NCBI GenBank assembly: GCA_000002445.1
Contig: CM000207.1
Span: forward strand, 1,568,001 to 1,632,000
Reading direction: 5' to 3'
Length of the DNA stretch: 64,000 bases
Source of the DNA: Trypanosoma brucei
Taxonomy: Eukaryota
Position numbers and translations under genes: made by a program. The first letter of the stretch is position 1; each line of letters begins with the position of its first letter. The notes under the pieces are model-generated. The model had not been told where the DNA came from and did no database searches. It saw only the letters and a program-made list of their open reading frames with translations. Shown one piece after another: positions 23,001 through 33,761 of the stretch.

Positions 23001-23970
23001 TCGACTCTGTCCACAGCCATATCCCCTCACGTTCCACCCGTTGAACTTCTTGTCGTATGCGTTCAGTAGAAGAAAACATGGCAACCTCCTTTTTCAAGGT
23101 TGAACAGGCTGAAGGATCAGGTGAGTACTCACTCCATGTTCCACACGCACTGTCAACGTACTCGTTTTCCACAGAAGCAGCAACGGGTATCTCGGAACGA
23201 TTTCCTCCTGCGGCGTGCCGAAGGTCACCTGGTGGCTGCTTGAGAACATCGTGGTAATGATCTAGGAACCTTCGGAATAGTTCATGAACGCTATGATTCA
23301 GGTACATCGCTTCCCTCGCCATAACGATAGCACTGTGTGCATTGGATTCTTCAAGAAAGTCTGGCGCAAATAACTCCACACCCAACATTGGTGTATCAGC
23401 AACCACCATATTTTCCGCCCTTCTCTGAATATCTTTGGGGATCTGTATGCCGGCTCTGGGTAACTCCGAACCCTCATTCTTGTACAACTGAAATATCTTG
23501 TTCCTCACCCTCTCACCGTAGTGAATGGCGTTGTAACGCCGCAACCTAACGACGGACTCCCCAACGACCCTTCCGAAGAAACGCATATCTTGATAACAAC
23601 CAGCGTTCCCATGAATATAGATGACAGGGACATTGGGAAATGCCTGAGGTTGGAGCTTTCGAAATGAATCAGTTTTGTTATCACGGTACCGCCATAATTT
23701 GTAGAACTTTCCCGTGGGAGGGTCGAAGGGGACCTCCACAAAGGTGGGTTCCGCTTCAACAAGGATTGCCTGAAGATCTGTGCGAACAGTCGTGGTGAGC
23801 CATCGCACTGCTGAAAACGCAAAAAACAATGTGAATGATGCTGAAAGAAGAAGCACGAGGAGTTCTTTCCTTGACCAGGCACGGAAACAGCCTACCACTG
23901 TGCTACCTGAAAGAAGACCAACCGGCAAAGGGACAACGGGTGACTGGCGACGACCCCTTTTTCCCACCAT
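20092..23970 (-). CDS. PGAP1-like GPI inositol-deacylase family protein (N-terminal alpha/beta-hydrolase domain, multi-TM C-terminus)
   Basis: 1292 aa. VIYIHGNAGCYQDMRFF matches the PGAP1 LFIPGNAGSYKQVRS block. Putative nucleophile region WTESIGGVLG. The C-terminal third has many TM helices. ATG at 23968-23970. Confidence 0.6.
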   Translation of the reverse strand: MVGKRGRRQSPVVPLPVGLLSGSTVVGCFRAWSRKELLVLLLSASFTLFFAFSAVRWLTTTVRTDLQAILVEAEPTFVEVPFDPPTGKFYKLWRYRDNKTDSFRKLQPQAFPNVPVIYIHGNAGCYQDMRFFGRVVGESVVRLRRYNAIHYGERVRNKIFQLYKNEGSELPRAGIQIPKDIQRRAENMVVADTPMLGVELFAPDFLEESNAHSAIVMAREAMYLNHSVHELFRRFLDHYHDVLKQPPGDLRHAAGGNRSEIPVAASVENEYVDSACGTWSEYSPDPSACSTLKKEVAMFSSTERIRQEVQRVEREGIWLWTESIGGVLGVFAALLAPELYAGLVMAGPPLRYSPLLFDLPAVYFQKTIQDAVTVPYANISNTQRNWSKILAGSSTYELLKNLNSVPHADIAGRLERVSLVSVHGGALEDIVPPRSSHIMRTVSRRSTSPEHRPLLATKPPYAGRRDVCTEELRGCGISLSHRGLVYAVQLLDSAGYYTVVASLTGEAGRLVGVESTLPVGRERMFPMVLETLSRNSDAYRAEKFRFTTALHYDSENDKYHMTDGRHFMNGLTRLCADGQSTLNLQDLPVSEDEDTESWSPLHIFVGATTYEAEEVILPELTLVADEENEEPLSQSNLQVRLATKLHLPYRRKDSNVTEGTVLRTALSFQVLRRRREQSSLRLRPRFCFFVRNEKVNVSHFALVQHDVIDPLRELSSPEVHDATLYSQLSGDISVEKYGRFSLIRNMRVSQMETSLSLYVKNRTVYPVTICGSLRSLRVTFRGGEKVALDEPEAQNQYFFGPYVENVSSFTYSWRPFHTTPFNVTNVYVVYVLTPDIQPKMDFEDTKMHQSPEWIKPSYWLWRLNYDSLRWMAIGTTYSVAIQLISCYVLFFFVIIVVFHVPRLARGGGEPEKGVRGFFEVSPTILAIAVGLGIELASLHVVRQTLSVCLDEEPPRVSGGNITDMMSLSEALTLVFLCALPPRLDTCRHSWIRMVAAVPADVTLEHMVHLVFSYCLTVLSVSLMQVQYYLLWPLFKVIRPLLIRRPSGRLAVWPFAFLWLAPMVLHSTVYWMHVYVTTNISCIFALASLWCIPEEMFTNTGRRYQQLCLLVIFPIQLATHFEGSGLLIRNYFMLPTETLTDSERFESLPEQIIALTVAQGCLAVVYGTVYLALLHQDGITDRGSAKKMQYVGGTNCSGGEERREGKKRKQRERLESQEVLGERTIERLEYSMGDLGRRYPKLKLLTKVGSFTFMFVACWMGVVALRRPLEGTVFLFGLSVVAARVAFALLSFW

Positions 23971-24558
23971 TTTCGTCCTTAGTTAACCTTCCTCCTTCCC
24001 CCCCTTTCCCTCTTGATTTAGTTCCTGTTACCCAACCCCACCCTTCCTTGACCTATCAGTCTTAACGTTTTGTCCCAACCCTTAGAAAACGAAAGAAAAG
24101 AGTTAAAAGAGATGCAAACGGATAGCTGAATCCACCAAACAACGTGAAAAGGGAGGAAGAACATACCGAGCGCGTTGGATGAATCGTCCCAGTAGGGCAG
24201 GGGAAAAAACCATGAAAGTCCCGCGATGAAAAACACGTTCAGCGAGTGCGCTTGAAGGAAGAAGAAATCCGAAGGAGAAAAGAAACAAACAAGGAGTGGG
24301 AGATTCAACTAGTGTTCTGGGCCACCAGCTCCTCGCACCTTCCCTTCTTTTCTCCTTTAAAAAAAATAATAATAATATTGCAAATGAATTTGCCAAATGC
24401 GTCAGTACAGTACCCTTCTGAAGTAAAACGAAACAGCGAATAGCCGCATACACAAACAAACTAACAGGCGACAAAAAAAAATGTAACGCAAAACCACCAA
24501 AAGAAATTGATACTCGAAACAAAGTGCCCTCTACAAGAAACATGAGCACGCATCTCTG

Positions 24559-25590
24559 TCACTTGTTCAGTGCACGTCCTGTCGACGCCGCAATGTATAT
24601 CTTACCTCCTGTTTTCTCCGCCTCCTCCTCAAGGATTTTGGTTTGACGCCACTTGAGAAATATAAGCGCCGTAATCGTAATGATCTCTTCGTCTACCATG
24701 AAGAACGTAACCCAAATGGAGAACCAAATCACCCAATAGCGCAACAACGTGTCCTTAAGCTTATCCCAAAAGTCAATCGGCTCCGGTGGCTTCTGCACCC
24801 GGCACTCAAACCGCAGATCTTTTTCGGTGTGACTCACCACAAATTCTCCCTGTTCAATGAGGCTGTGTGTTTCCTCCGGCATGGGCCGAACAATTAGTTT
24901 CTTCCACATCTTTTCTGTGTCCTCCACAACCAACTCAAAGTGCCCCTTCTCCTTCACCGCCGGGATGTCGAGCACACGTTTCAAATCCTCCTCGGTTTTT
25001 ATGTCCTCCAGTGGGAGACCCAATGCAAACCAGCGGCGACCCGACGTCGGAGCGAAGCGGCAGGTCCCGAATAAACGCCGCTCAAGCAACAAGAGATCAC
25101 TGAGAAGTCTGTCGGACTCCGGTGTCGACGTGCGAACCTCAAGAAGTGTGTTATGTACAGTTCGTGTGATGATGGTGTCACGACGTACATCAAAGTTATA
25201 ATGATGTAGGACAAACCGTGTGGCTTCTCCCTTCAAGGCGGTACTGCCAGCAGTACTTAAGTAGAAACCAGCAGCCATTATTGCCTCGTGTAGCTGCAGA
25301 CGATGAAAAGGGTCGCTAACAGTAGGCTTGTACAACTCGGCTCGACATTGAGTAATACACTCGTCTAAAAGGTTACGTGCGTCGCGCTTTTGATGAAAAT
25401 TAGACAGGTCCGACAGTAGATCCAAGGCGGGAACAAGCGGAGCAACCCCCAAAAAGGGTGAAGCATCGATGGCCGCCTTTTTTGCAGCGTCAAGTTGGGC
25501 GTCTTTGAGAACATGTGGAAGTTGCACAACATTGGTGGGCACTAGTGCGGTAAAAAGGTGCACACGTCTGACAAACGTACGACATAACAT
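24559..25590 (-). CDS. Hypothetical protein with presequence-like N-terminus and C-terminal TM segment
   Basis: ORF track starts at 25818. Trimmed to the ATG at 25588-25590 (MLCRTFVRRVHLFTALVP, an amphipathic Arg-rich N-terminus). C-terminal hydrophobic WVIWFSIWVTFFMV. No family recognised. Confidence 0.45.
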   Translation of the reverse strand: MLCRTFVRRVHLFTALVPTNVVQLPHVLKDAQLDAAKKAAIDASPFLGVAPLVPALDLLSDLSNFHQKRDARNLLDECITQCRAELYKPTVSDPFHRLQLHEAIMAAGFYLSTAGSTALKGEATRFVLHHYNFDVRRDTIITRTVHNTLLEVRTSTPESDRLLSDLLLLERRLFGTCRFAPTSGRRWFALGLPLEDIKTEEDLKRVLDIPAVKEKGHFELVVEDTEKMWKKLIVRPMPEETHSLIEQGEFVVSHTEKDLRFECRVQKPPEPIDFWDKLKDTLLRYWVIWFSIWVTFFMVDEEIITITALIFLKWRQTKILEEEAEKTGGKIYIAASTGRALNK

Positions 25591-26304
25591 AGCTTGATGA
25601 TGTGTACGCCTATCTAGAGCAAATGTAGCGCTTAAAACCCTTAGTGAGTGCCTTCCCCACTTCTTACACCTCTTCCCTCGTGTATCAGGGTAATTTCTAC
25701 TTGCACTCGACGTATAATAGGCCACAAATTGTGGTACGGAGAAAGGAGTTCTTTCACTAGAAAGAATAATGATAAGCATAAAGTGTTCGTTTATTAAGCA
25801 AATAATGGATTGGATCAATTGTAGTGAGGGAAATTAATGTAAATAATATAAATTAATATATATATATTTATACGTGTATATGTTCCTTGTCGCGTCTCTC
25901 GTATTGGTTCTGTACATCACCGCGTTGATCCCCCACACACAGGGGGAGGGAAAACGCATAGTCCACACGTAGTGCATGTCATTTCGGACGAGGAAAGCGG
26001 GGATTTCAAGCTCCAAATTCGAGTTCAAACGAGTTGGCAGGAGACATATCCGTCGCGTACTTCTTGCCGGACGTGGAATGGATGGGTCACATGCGGGGAA
26101 GAATTTGCACACGCACACACACGAAAAAAACAAACAAGAATAAGTAAAGGAGGCGACCGCAGAAGAGTGAGGAAGATGTGACCAGTTGATAACGGTGCTA
26201 ATAATGACAAGAGCAGTAGCGTTAGCACAATGGACACCGTAACGTAAAACGGTTCCCCTCAGCATGAAGTTTTCCACTCTGATGGTTTGCTACCTACAAC
26301 GCCT

Positions 26305-28062
26305 CTAATCCAGAGCAAACAAATAGCGATTGTGAAAAGCAACCCCAAACAACTTCTCCGACTTCTTCGCAAAGTTGTATTCAATGCGACTCGCTGACGT
26401 TGCGGTCAACTCACCAGTTGTGGCTGCTTTGGCAGCAGAAGAGCCAGTTGTTCCATCGCATGTTGCTGGTGAAGGCTGCGGTACGGTCTTTTGATGTACC
26501 TGTGCTTCCCTACCACATCCATTACCTGTCACCCTCTGTTCAAGCCCAAGTTTTCCGCGGATATAACGACATATAGATCCAACAATCGAGTCAGGAAATT
26601 TTTCCAGCATTGCATCGATAGAATCACCTTTGCGCGTCTTCGACTCTAAACGGTGAAGCATGACAGTTAGCTGCCCTGGGGGTAACTTATCCATTTCCTC
26701 CTTGAGTGCAGGCGGGATTTCGCCCTGTTGAACGGCAGCGAGATTTTCCACATAGCTCTTTCGCTCCTGCATGACCTTCTCCTCCTCTTCCCGGAGCCGC
26801 TCCATCTTTTGTTTGTGTTCAAGTAGTTCCTTCTCTCTTCGCTCCCGTTCTATACGCTGCTCCTCCTCCTCAAGCAAAGCCGCATCGACGTCGGGTTTGG
26901 TGCCAAGGTCTGATGTCTCATCAGGAAGTTTCACGCGCAGCTTTAGCTTTAGTGTGCGTGTTTTCCGTACAAATTTGGCATCCTGCAACTCCTCGTCAAT
27001 CGGATAACCAAGCGGGACTGTGAGAAAGGGAACACCGTCTTCGCAATCAACATAGAGTAATTCTATGCGCTTGGGCGATACGCGAACGTCTACCTCTGCT
27101 ATTGTTGTCACGGTTGGTATGTGCAGTTCCACAAGGTAAGCGGCTGGCACGGTCTCGCGAAAATACGGGTTAATAGTTGGTTTGGAATGAGTAGACCAGT
27201 CGTAGATGCCCTCACTTTCAACTCTCATAACGGAGGGTTTTGGTTCCTCCGGTGGTGACGGTGAGTTTACAGTAGGGGGAGGCGCGGGTGCGGCTGCGGG
27301 TGCGGGTGCATCTGTTATTTCTTGCACAAGTTTCCCTGTCCCACTACGGCCGCCAACATTTGTCACTGGGGAAGCTGCGGTAGCATTTGCTGGGAGACGA
27401 ATCTCATCTCCCAAAGCATTGGCCACCTTCGGGGTTGTGGAAAGTCGAATTCTCTGCGGCTCCAGTGTTCCCTTAACTCTAAAAGACATGTTTCTATACT
27501 CCTGCAGGTTTAGTGTTGGCTCTGATTTTTGCTGAATCCAGTGGATACAGAGCGAAATGACGAAGCACCGAAAATCGTGATCTTGAGTGCATCTATGGAT
27601 TGTCGAAGGATTCACAATGACGTCGTACACCTTACATGGCTTGCCGCTTTTGTCAGACTCAGCACGCGCTTGACCACAACTTAAGGGAATACGAAATTTA
27701 ACCTCCGCTTCATTATCGTCGTCGATAGGTATGGGTTCGGCGATACGCTCGTGTTTGCACACATTCACAAACACCTTTCCTCCTCCCGCCACCTTGCACT
27801 TAACGCAGAATCCGGGTTCCGGAAGAATGTACATCCACTGTCCATTTTCATCACTATGAATCTCTTCTAACTTGGCCTTGGCTGATTTCATACTCTCTTC
27901 CTGGATCTTTTTCTGTAAGTCCGCCAACCACTTCTCTCGTTGTGGATCCCCCTCAGGTGGAATATTTTTAATATTTTCTTCACCACCCATCGCCCGCTGA
28001 AAAATCTCCATGAACTGCGGGTTCTGAAGGAGCGCCGCGCCTGCCTTTTGCGTGTCGGTCAT
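26305..28062 (-). CDS. PIH1-domain protein (Kintoun/DNAAF2-like; PIH N-domain + Pro/Ala linker + CS-like domain)
   Basis: 585 aa. PIH-like block LPEPGFCVKCKV...VFVNVCKHERI. APAPAAAPAPPP linker. C-terminal charged coiled coil. ATG at 28060-28062. Confidence 0.55.
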   Translation of the reverse strand: MTDTQKAGAALLQNPQFMEIFQRAMGGEENIKNIPPEGDPQREKWLADLQKKIQEESMKSAKAKLEEIHSDENGQWMYILPEPGFCVKCKVAGGGKVFVNVCKHERIAEPIPIDDDNEAEVKFRIPLSCGQARAESDKSGKPCKVYDVIVNPSTIHRCTQDHDFRCFVISLCIHWIQQKSEPTLNLQEYRNMSFRVKGTLEPQRIRLSTTPKVANALGDEIRLPANATAASPVTNVGGRSGTGKLVQEITDAPAPAAAPAPPPTVNSPSPPEEPKPSVMRVESEGIYDWSTHSKPTINPYFRETVPAAYLVELHIPTVTTIAEVDVRVSPKRIELLYVDCEDGVPFLTVPLGYPIDEELQDAKFVRKTRTLKLKLRVKLPDETSDLGTKPDVDAALLEEEEQRIERERREKELLEHKQKMERLREEEEKVMQERKSYVENLAAVQQGEIPPALKEEMDKLPPGQLTVMLHRLESKTRKGDSIDAMLEKFPDSIVGSICRYIRGKLGLEQRVTGNGCGREAQVHQKTVPQPSPATCDGTTGSSAAKAATTGELTATSASRIEYNFAKKSEKLFGVAFHNRYLFALD

Positions 28063-28553
28063 CGAAATGAAATTTGCAGTAGAAACCTATACCTTCTTCC
28101 TTTCCTCGTGTGGTAACTTCAACAACAGCAGAAACAAACTTGGATCATCATGTCTGAATATATAATTGCACATGTCGCTTCTCCTCTTACACGTAACGTC
28201 GAAGCAACAATATTAATGAAACGAAGGTGGAAGGGATGACAAGGGGGAATAAATATTCCAAGTGCATACCTTATTTGTTTGTGAGCATTTCTCCGCCGAG
28301 TAACTTTGCTGCGGGGCGGATCAACTCTCTCCACCGTGTTTTTGTCAAACGGAGATCTGGTTTTTGTGACCCGGAAAAAAATAATAATATTATTACACTC
28401 AAAGCGTAAACCGCACACGCACCTGTAATATTGCTTCCACTGTGAAACCTGATTCCGAGTGTAAACGTACGCAAAAAAAACAAAAAATAGGGCATGTTTC
28501 CTTGACTACAAATAAGTCACAAGGCAACATAGGTGACAGGACACCTTTACACG

Positions 28554-30143
28554 TTAACTGAAGCCATAATCTTCATGGAGATCGACAGGGTTAGGCATGC
28601 CATAGTATTTCTTTTTGTTCTGAAGCATTGCGTTCTCCGGGAAGGCCAACAACTCCCGTGCAAAGTGGTCCAATGTGGGAGCAACGTAGTGTGGCGTCTT
28701 ATCTCCATTCTTTTCCATCCATTCGAATTCTGTATCATTCTCCGATTTCGTGCGATACGCTACGGGCGTCACACCTACACCTGAGAGAACGTGCACGGAC
28801 GTCCATTTCCCCCCTCTTGCATTGGCACCCATTATATCCGTGTCAACATTGTCACCAACCATGAAAATTGCACGCATATCTTCCGGGTTCCAACCTAGAC
28901 GCGAGGTAACCTCCTTCATCCTGCGCTCAGCAAAGGCATAGGCAATGGCGCGTGGCTTGCCATAAGTTGTCACGTGAAGGTTCTGACCAGTGAGGCTGTA
29001 AAACACTGCATGAAGCATTTCACGGAATGCTCCGTTGCCAAGTCGAGGAAGTTCCGCCTCGGCCGCCCACAGAAAGTCATCACTGGCACAGTAAAGGGGA
29101 ATGCTCTGGGTACTTGACACGTACTTACCCACTTTACCGCGCGGCGAAAGCAACACATCAATGATCGTTTGGATATCACAAAACGCGTCCTCCGGTTCAC
29201 GAAGTACAAATACAGCGGCAATCTCTGGAAATGGAACGTTAACATCTGAGACTTTCTCAAGTGATCCCCATCTCCTGAAGGGAACCAGCTCCGGATGCTC
29301 CGCCTGAAATCGCTGTATTGATATAGCCCCATCAAAACCGTACGCCTTAGCCACGTTGGCACTCTCTAGGGAACCAACAATCAGCACTTTCTGCCCTTTG
29401 TACATTTGAGCCAATAGTTTCATCGGGGTGTGAGCGAGTAAGACTTGAGACGCGTCAATTGTACAACCCAACAGCCGCGAATATTCTTCTGCCTTCTTTT
29501 CCTCGGAGACTCCACCACCGTTTGTCATAAATAACAAGGGAATCTTCAACTCCATTAACTTGCGAATGGCCACATCAGATCCCTCAATAATCTTTCGCAT
29601 GCGATACACGACCCCGTCAACATCGAGAACAATCCCTGCCGTCCCATGCAACGGCCAGCGGAGTTCATTTCCGCGGCGCTCCACAGAAGACTCAAATTTG
29701 TATGGAATCTTTTGATGCAAGTCCGCTTTGAGCATGTCCAGCACATCATCTGAGTAACCGCCACCGCTCGATGGCGCGGCATGCGTTTTCAGTCGTGATG
29801 CATAGTCTCCGATGGCAGCCATTTTATTATTGTCGAAGTAAATCACAGGTTTTGCGCCGTATGGAACGAAGTCACGGCGCTCACGCAAAACAGCTTCGTT
29901 CCGCAAATGTAGCTCTTCTATTCGAAGCATATCAGAAGGGGATAACTCCTCGGTGAGAGCTTGCCTCTCCATTTCTTCATGGCGGGATTGCATTTTCTTT
30001 TTCGTAATCACTGGATTGCTACTCTGCATCAAGCCAGCGAAGAAATCATCAGCAGCTTTTCCATCGCGCTCCCACGGGGGAATAAAACGCCGTCGCAGTA
30101 GCGCAGTCGGCCTCGCAATTCCTCCCCAAGAGGCGGAGAACAT
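28554..30143 (-). CDS. HAD-superfamily subfamily IIA hydrolase (CECR5/HDHD5-like)
   Basis: 529 aa. HAD motif I GIVLDVDGVVY. LFMTNGGG. Late motif FMVGDNVDTDIMGA. ATG at 30141-30143. Confidence 0.7.
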   Translation of the reverse strand: MFSASWGGIARPTALLRRRFIPPWERDGKAADDFFAGLMQSSNPVITKKKMQSRHEEMERQALTEELSPSDMLRIEELHLRNEAVLRERRDFVPYGAKPVIYFDNNKMAAIGDYASRLKTHAAPSSGGGYSDDVLDMLKADLHQKIPYKFESSVERRGNELRWPLHGTAGIVLDVDGVVYRMRKIIEGSDVAIRKLMELKIPLLFMTNGGGVSEEKKAEEYSRLLGCTIDASQVLLAHTPMKLLAQMYKGQKVLIVGSLESANVAKAYGFDGAISIQRFQAEHPELVPFRRWGSLEKVSDVNVPFPEIAAVFVLREPEDAFCDIQTIIDVLLSPRGKVGKYVSSTQSIPLYCASDDFLWAAEAELPRLGNGAFREMLHAVFYSLTGQNLHVTTYGKPRAIAYAFAERRMKEVTSRLGWNPEDMRAIFMVGDNVDTDIMGANARGGKWTSVHVLSGVGVTPVAYRTKSENDTEFEWMEKNGDKTPHYVAPTLDHFARELLAFPENAMLQNKKKYYGMPNPVDLHEDYGFS

Positions 30144-30831
30144 TTGTCCCCCTCCCTATTAATCGCAAGTGACCCCGCTTGCTGTATCGCCCTCGATACT
30201 GCCTTACCTACAGTATTCTTTTTTTTTCTTTTCTTTCACACTTTTCCGTATACAGGTGTTGCCACCAGCTTCACCCGCGAAAACATACACACAAAAAAAG
30301 CGGGAATATGAAAATGAAACCCATCATTCACTTTAGTTCTTTACTGGCTGATGTGGTTAAAGGAAGATTGCACACACCCGCAGACGCACATGTACGAAAA
30401 AATTCTCTGCCTAGCTGCGTTGTGTACTGCAAAGTTAAATCTCAGTGCTATTTATCATTCCCTCTCATGTAATGTACAAGTGCATAAATATGTTTGTGAT
30501 CATCCATCTGCGTACGCCTATGAAACAAATTGAATGAGTTATAAATTGCATTTCAAGTGCGACAACAATAACGGCAAAAAAGTGGCACTTCCTCCCCTCA
30601 GCGTAGTCCCAGAGATTGTCCCGCTGCACATACACATGAAGGTCTCCGATAGCCCTCCTCCAATTTGTGACTTTGAGGCAAGTTCTGCGGGTTGTGAACC
30701 CTGCTTAATCATCTCGCTGCCCTCCTGTACATGATTATCAAGTTTTCTTCCTTCGCACAAACCACAACGCTCGCTCCGTCCGTGTTTGTACGGAAGCAAC
30801 AACAACAACAACAAAACGGGAAATTGAAGTT

Positions 30832-31236
30832 TCAACCTTTGGCATCTTCCCTATAAGCCAATCCACTATTTTCCAAACCAGCTCTATAGCTATTGTTCAT
30901 GTGTTGCACCAGCGTTACTGGTGGCAGCTTGGCGCACTCTTCAAGATCTGACTTCATACGGATCAGTACGCCTTCCACGAGGCTTAACAATATAACCAAA
31001 AGTATCAGCAGAGCAAAACAGATGATGTTTGCCATATTCATGTTCCTCAGTGAGTCTTTGAGCGTGATGGCCGTCAATATATCGTCCACATTTCCCAACC
31101 CAAGCAACAGTTCTTGCGGAAGGGAGTTGACGGTACGAGATGTGGCACTAGTCCACAAGACGAATAACACAACAGAACAAAATACAGAGAGTATACACAA
31201 GGCAAAAATGTTTGTGGTAACCAGCAGTGTGTGCAT
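30832..31236 (-). CDS. Possible small membrane protein (2 predicted TM helices), unannotatable
   Basis: 134 aa ATG-initiated ORF (31234-31236) on the transcription-unit strand within a 1.8 kb spacer. Hydrophobic segments FALCILSVFCSVVLFVLW and IICFALLILLVILLSLV. No homology recognised. Confidence 0.25.
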   Translation of the reverse strand: MHTLLVTTNIFALCILSVFCSVVLFVLWTSATSRTVNSLPQELLLGLGNVDDILTAITLKDSLRNMNMANIICFALLILLVILLSLVEGVLIRMKSDLEECAKLPPVTLVQHMNNSYRAGLENSGLAYREDAKG

Positions 31237-31936
31237 AAGTCCTAGAGTGTGGCTCTATGGAGACAATGTGATAAATAATAAGGAACACAAACATTAGGAG
31301 GTAGAAGATAGATGAAAAACAAACAACAAGAAGCTATGAGACAAATAATGACAACACATCATGTTGGAGGGGAAGATACCGAGGGCTACGCATCATTCAG
31401 TTGCAGTACCCACTGCAGACGGGTACATGCATGTATGCATATATGTGTTTGTCGTGAAAAAAATCGCGACATGTTGCATGAGGAGCCACCAGTATTTTCC
31501 ATCTTTCGCCGACCAAGCAGGTAGCTGCAACAATCACGGTAACATGGATTAAGATCGGAGAAAATATATATAAGAGAGCCACAACTAGAACATAACCAGT
31601 GGCAACTAGTGACTGCATTGATAAATGTAACTTCATACCCACCCAACCACAACAACTGAGGTACCTAAGTTTATCATACCCCGTACTCCTTCCTGGAAGT
31701 GGAGGTGTGCCCTACGCGCAGGTTTTCGAATCCTACGGTACGCCATAACCCTCAGAAACTCCACCAACATGGGTGAAATGTACGTGAATGCGTATGTGTC
31801 TGTTTGTTTGACGGCGCGATAAGTATTGAACAGAAAAAAGTTTACGATAAATGGACAGTAAATCTGGGTCCACAAACTTCCATTACATCAATTCGTCCCG
31901 CGAGTTCACGGTTAAATAGGAAAATCATACGAACCA

Positions 31937-32698
31937 TTAAATAAGTCGCTTTGACTTGAGATGCTGGTGAAATCCCTGAATATAGTCTTGCGTGCGCTGC
32001 GCAACCTTACGCTCCTCATCATCCTTTGCTTTTGCTCCCAACCATTCTGTCATGTCGGTTCCGCGCGCCTGTCCCTGTAGAATCCCACGCTGAAGCTCAA
32101 CACGGCGAACTTCGTTGCGTGACTCCGCAACAGCGAGCGCACGGCGCTTCCAGAATTGCTCGTGGTAAATGTTAGCCTCCTGCTCAAGGCGAATGGGATC
32201 CTTTTGACGTAACACTTCAATATCTGTTAACAAATCACGAGTGCGCTGGTCCAGTAGGTTCTCACCCAGTTGTGCTTGAATTACGGTTTGCAGCTTGGCC
32301 ACGCGGTAACGGGCAATAACTTGTGTTCCAACAAATAAAAAGACAAATCCGACGAACCACTTGTGAAAGTCGGTAATAAACCAATACCACGAGGCAATGT
32401 GATTTGTGGGGTGAATATAAACTGCTTTCGTGGTGTTACACAAAACTGTAATGTTGCGCCGCTTCGGCACCTCTTGAGTCTTACCGAGTGCATTTGAATT
32501 CCATTGTTGTTCCTCCTTTTGCTGCTGTTGCTTCCCACCGAATGTTTTGTTTTCACCTGAAGTCTCGAAATCACCCTCTTCGCGAGCGCATGTCGCCTGC
32601 CAGCGCTGTGATGACGCAACTACAGGCACATGCAACGCCGCGTTCGTATAAAAGAGAGTCAAACGAGACGTTATGGAGTGAAAAGCTGTTCGTTTCAT
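31937..32698 (-). CDS. Hypothetical protein: presequence-like N-terminus, one TM helix, C-terminal coiled coil
   Basis: ORF-track start 32785 is GTG. The ATG at 32696-32698 gives MKRTAFHSITSRLTLFYTNAALHV. TM WYWFITDFHKWFVGFVFLFVG. Charged coiled-coil tail. Confidence 0.45.
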   Translation of the reverse strand: MKRTAFHSITSRLTLFYTNAALHVPVVASSQRWQATCAREEGDFETSGENKTFGGKQQQQKEEQQWNSNALGKTQEVPKRRNITVLCNTTKAVYIHPTNHIASWYWFITDFHKWFVGFVFLFVGTQVIARYRVAKLQTVIQAQLGENLLDQRTRDLLTDIEVLRQKDPIRLEQEANIYHEQFWKRRALAVAESRNEVRRVELQRGILQGQARGTDMTEWLGAKAKDDEERKVAQRTQDYIQGFHQHLKSKRLI

Positions 32699-32889
32699 AT
32701 GTTCTACGCCCCAATCGTTACTAAATATATATTTATTTATTCGAATCCTTGTGCCGTTTCCCTCTTTCAGCACCGCACGCGGCACGTTCTAAGTTGGTGA
32801 GGAGCTAAAACAATGAGATAAAAGTGGACGCAGTGTGACACACATTGATTGAGTTTTTCTTTGTAATATAAAATTCCCCTTGCATGCCT

Positions 32890-32914
32890 TATATATATAT
32901 ATATATATATATAT
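32890..32914. repeat. (TA)12 microsatellite
   Basis: tatatatatatatatatatatatat, read directly from the sequence. Confidence 0.9.
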
Positions 32915-33725
32915 GCTTACATACTACAGCATTCACTCGACTCAACACTTCTACACCAGCAATCCGGTGAGATGAATCACGTCCACAAACTCGTAAAACT
33001 ACGAAAGGCACTAAACACAAATATATACACGAAAAATAAAATAAAAAAGTGAGGAAAGTTAAAGTGGGGGAAAAGCGTGCAAAGCTTTCCCTAATGGCAT
33101 TTTGTACTTTTGAAAAAAAGCCTGCGGCGCCGGTAAATAATTTAAAGAAGGGGGAAAACGAGAGTGAAAAATACAAAAACAACAAGTCAATACGAAGCGT
33201 TTCTAGTCTTACTGAATGCAGCTCCTCTCCTTTTTTTCTCTACATTGCGAGTATCCGCTTTTTTTTAAAAAAAAAAGTACATTACATTTGGTTGTGAAAA
33301 GAGCCTCCCTCTTCTCCCCTCGAAAACATGGGGGAAAAACTTGGAAAACTAAACAAACAAAACTACAAAGATAGTGACGATTATAACAGTATGTAAAAAA
33401 AAAAGAAAGAAACTGAGCACGCTGATGGGGGCAGAGCAAATTCAGATAGTGTGGGCTCAATTTTTTTTTTTAAAAAAAGCGATCCCTTGACCCCTTTCCT
33501 CTTAGGTTTCTTCATCCCAATGATCATACGCACTTCCTTTCATCACGAACACGATTCACCGCCTCTCTCTGTACAAAAAATTAAAGGAAAAAATTGTCTG
33601 AATGCAACCTAATTTATTGCGTCCGATTATCTTTAGCATTACACTACCCCCAAACCTTGCAGCATATCGCAACTGGACAATGGGCAAACGCACGTACATA
33701 CGTAACTTCAAACACGTACACGCGC

Positions 33726-33740
<15 letters not shown>

Positions 33741-33758
<18 letters not shown>

Positions 33759-33761
33759 TAT
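33741..33761. repeat. (TA)10 microsatellite
   Basis: Read directly from the sequence. Confidence 0.9.
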
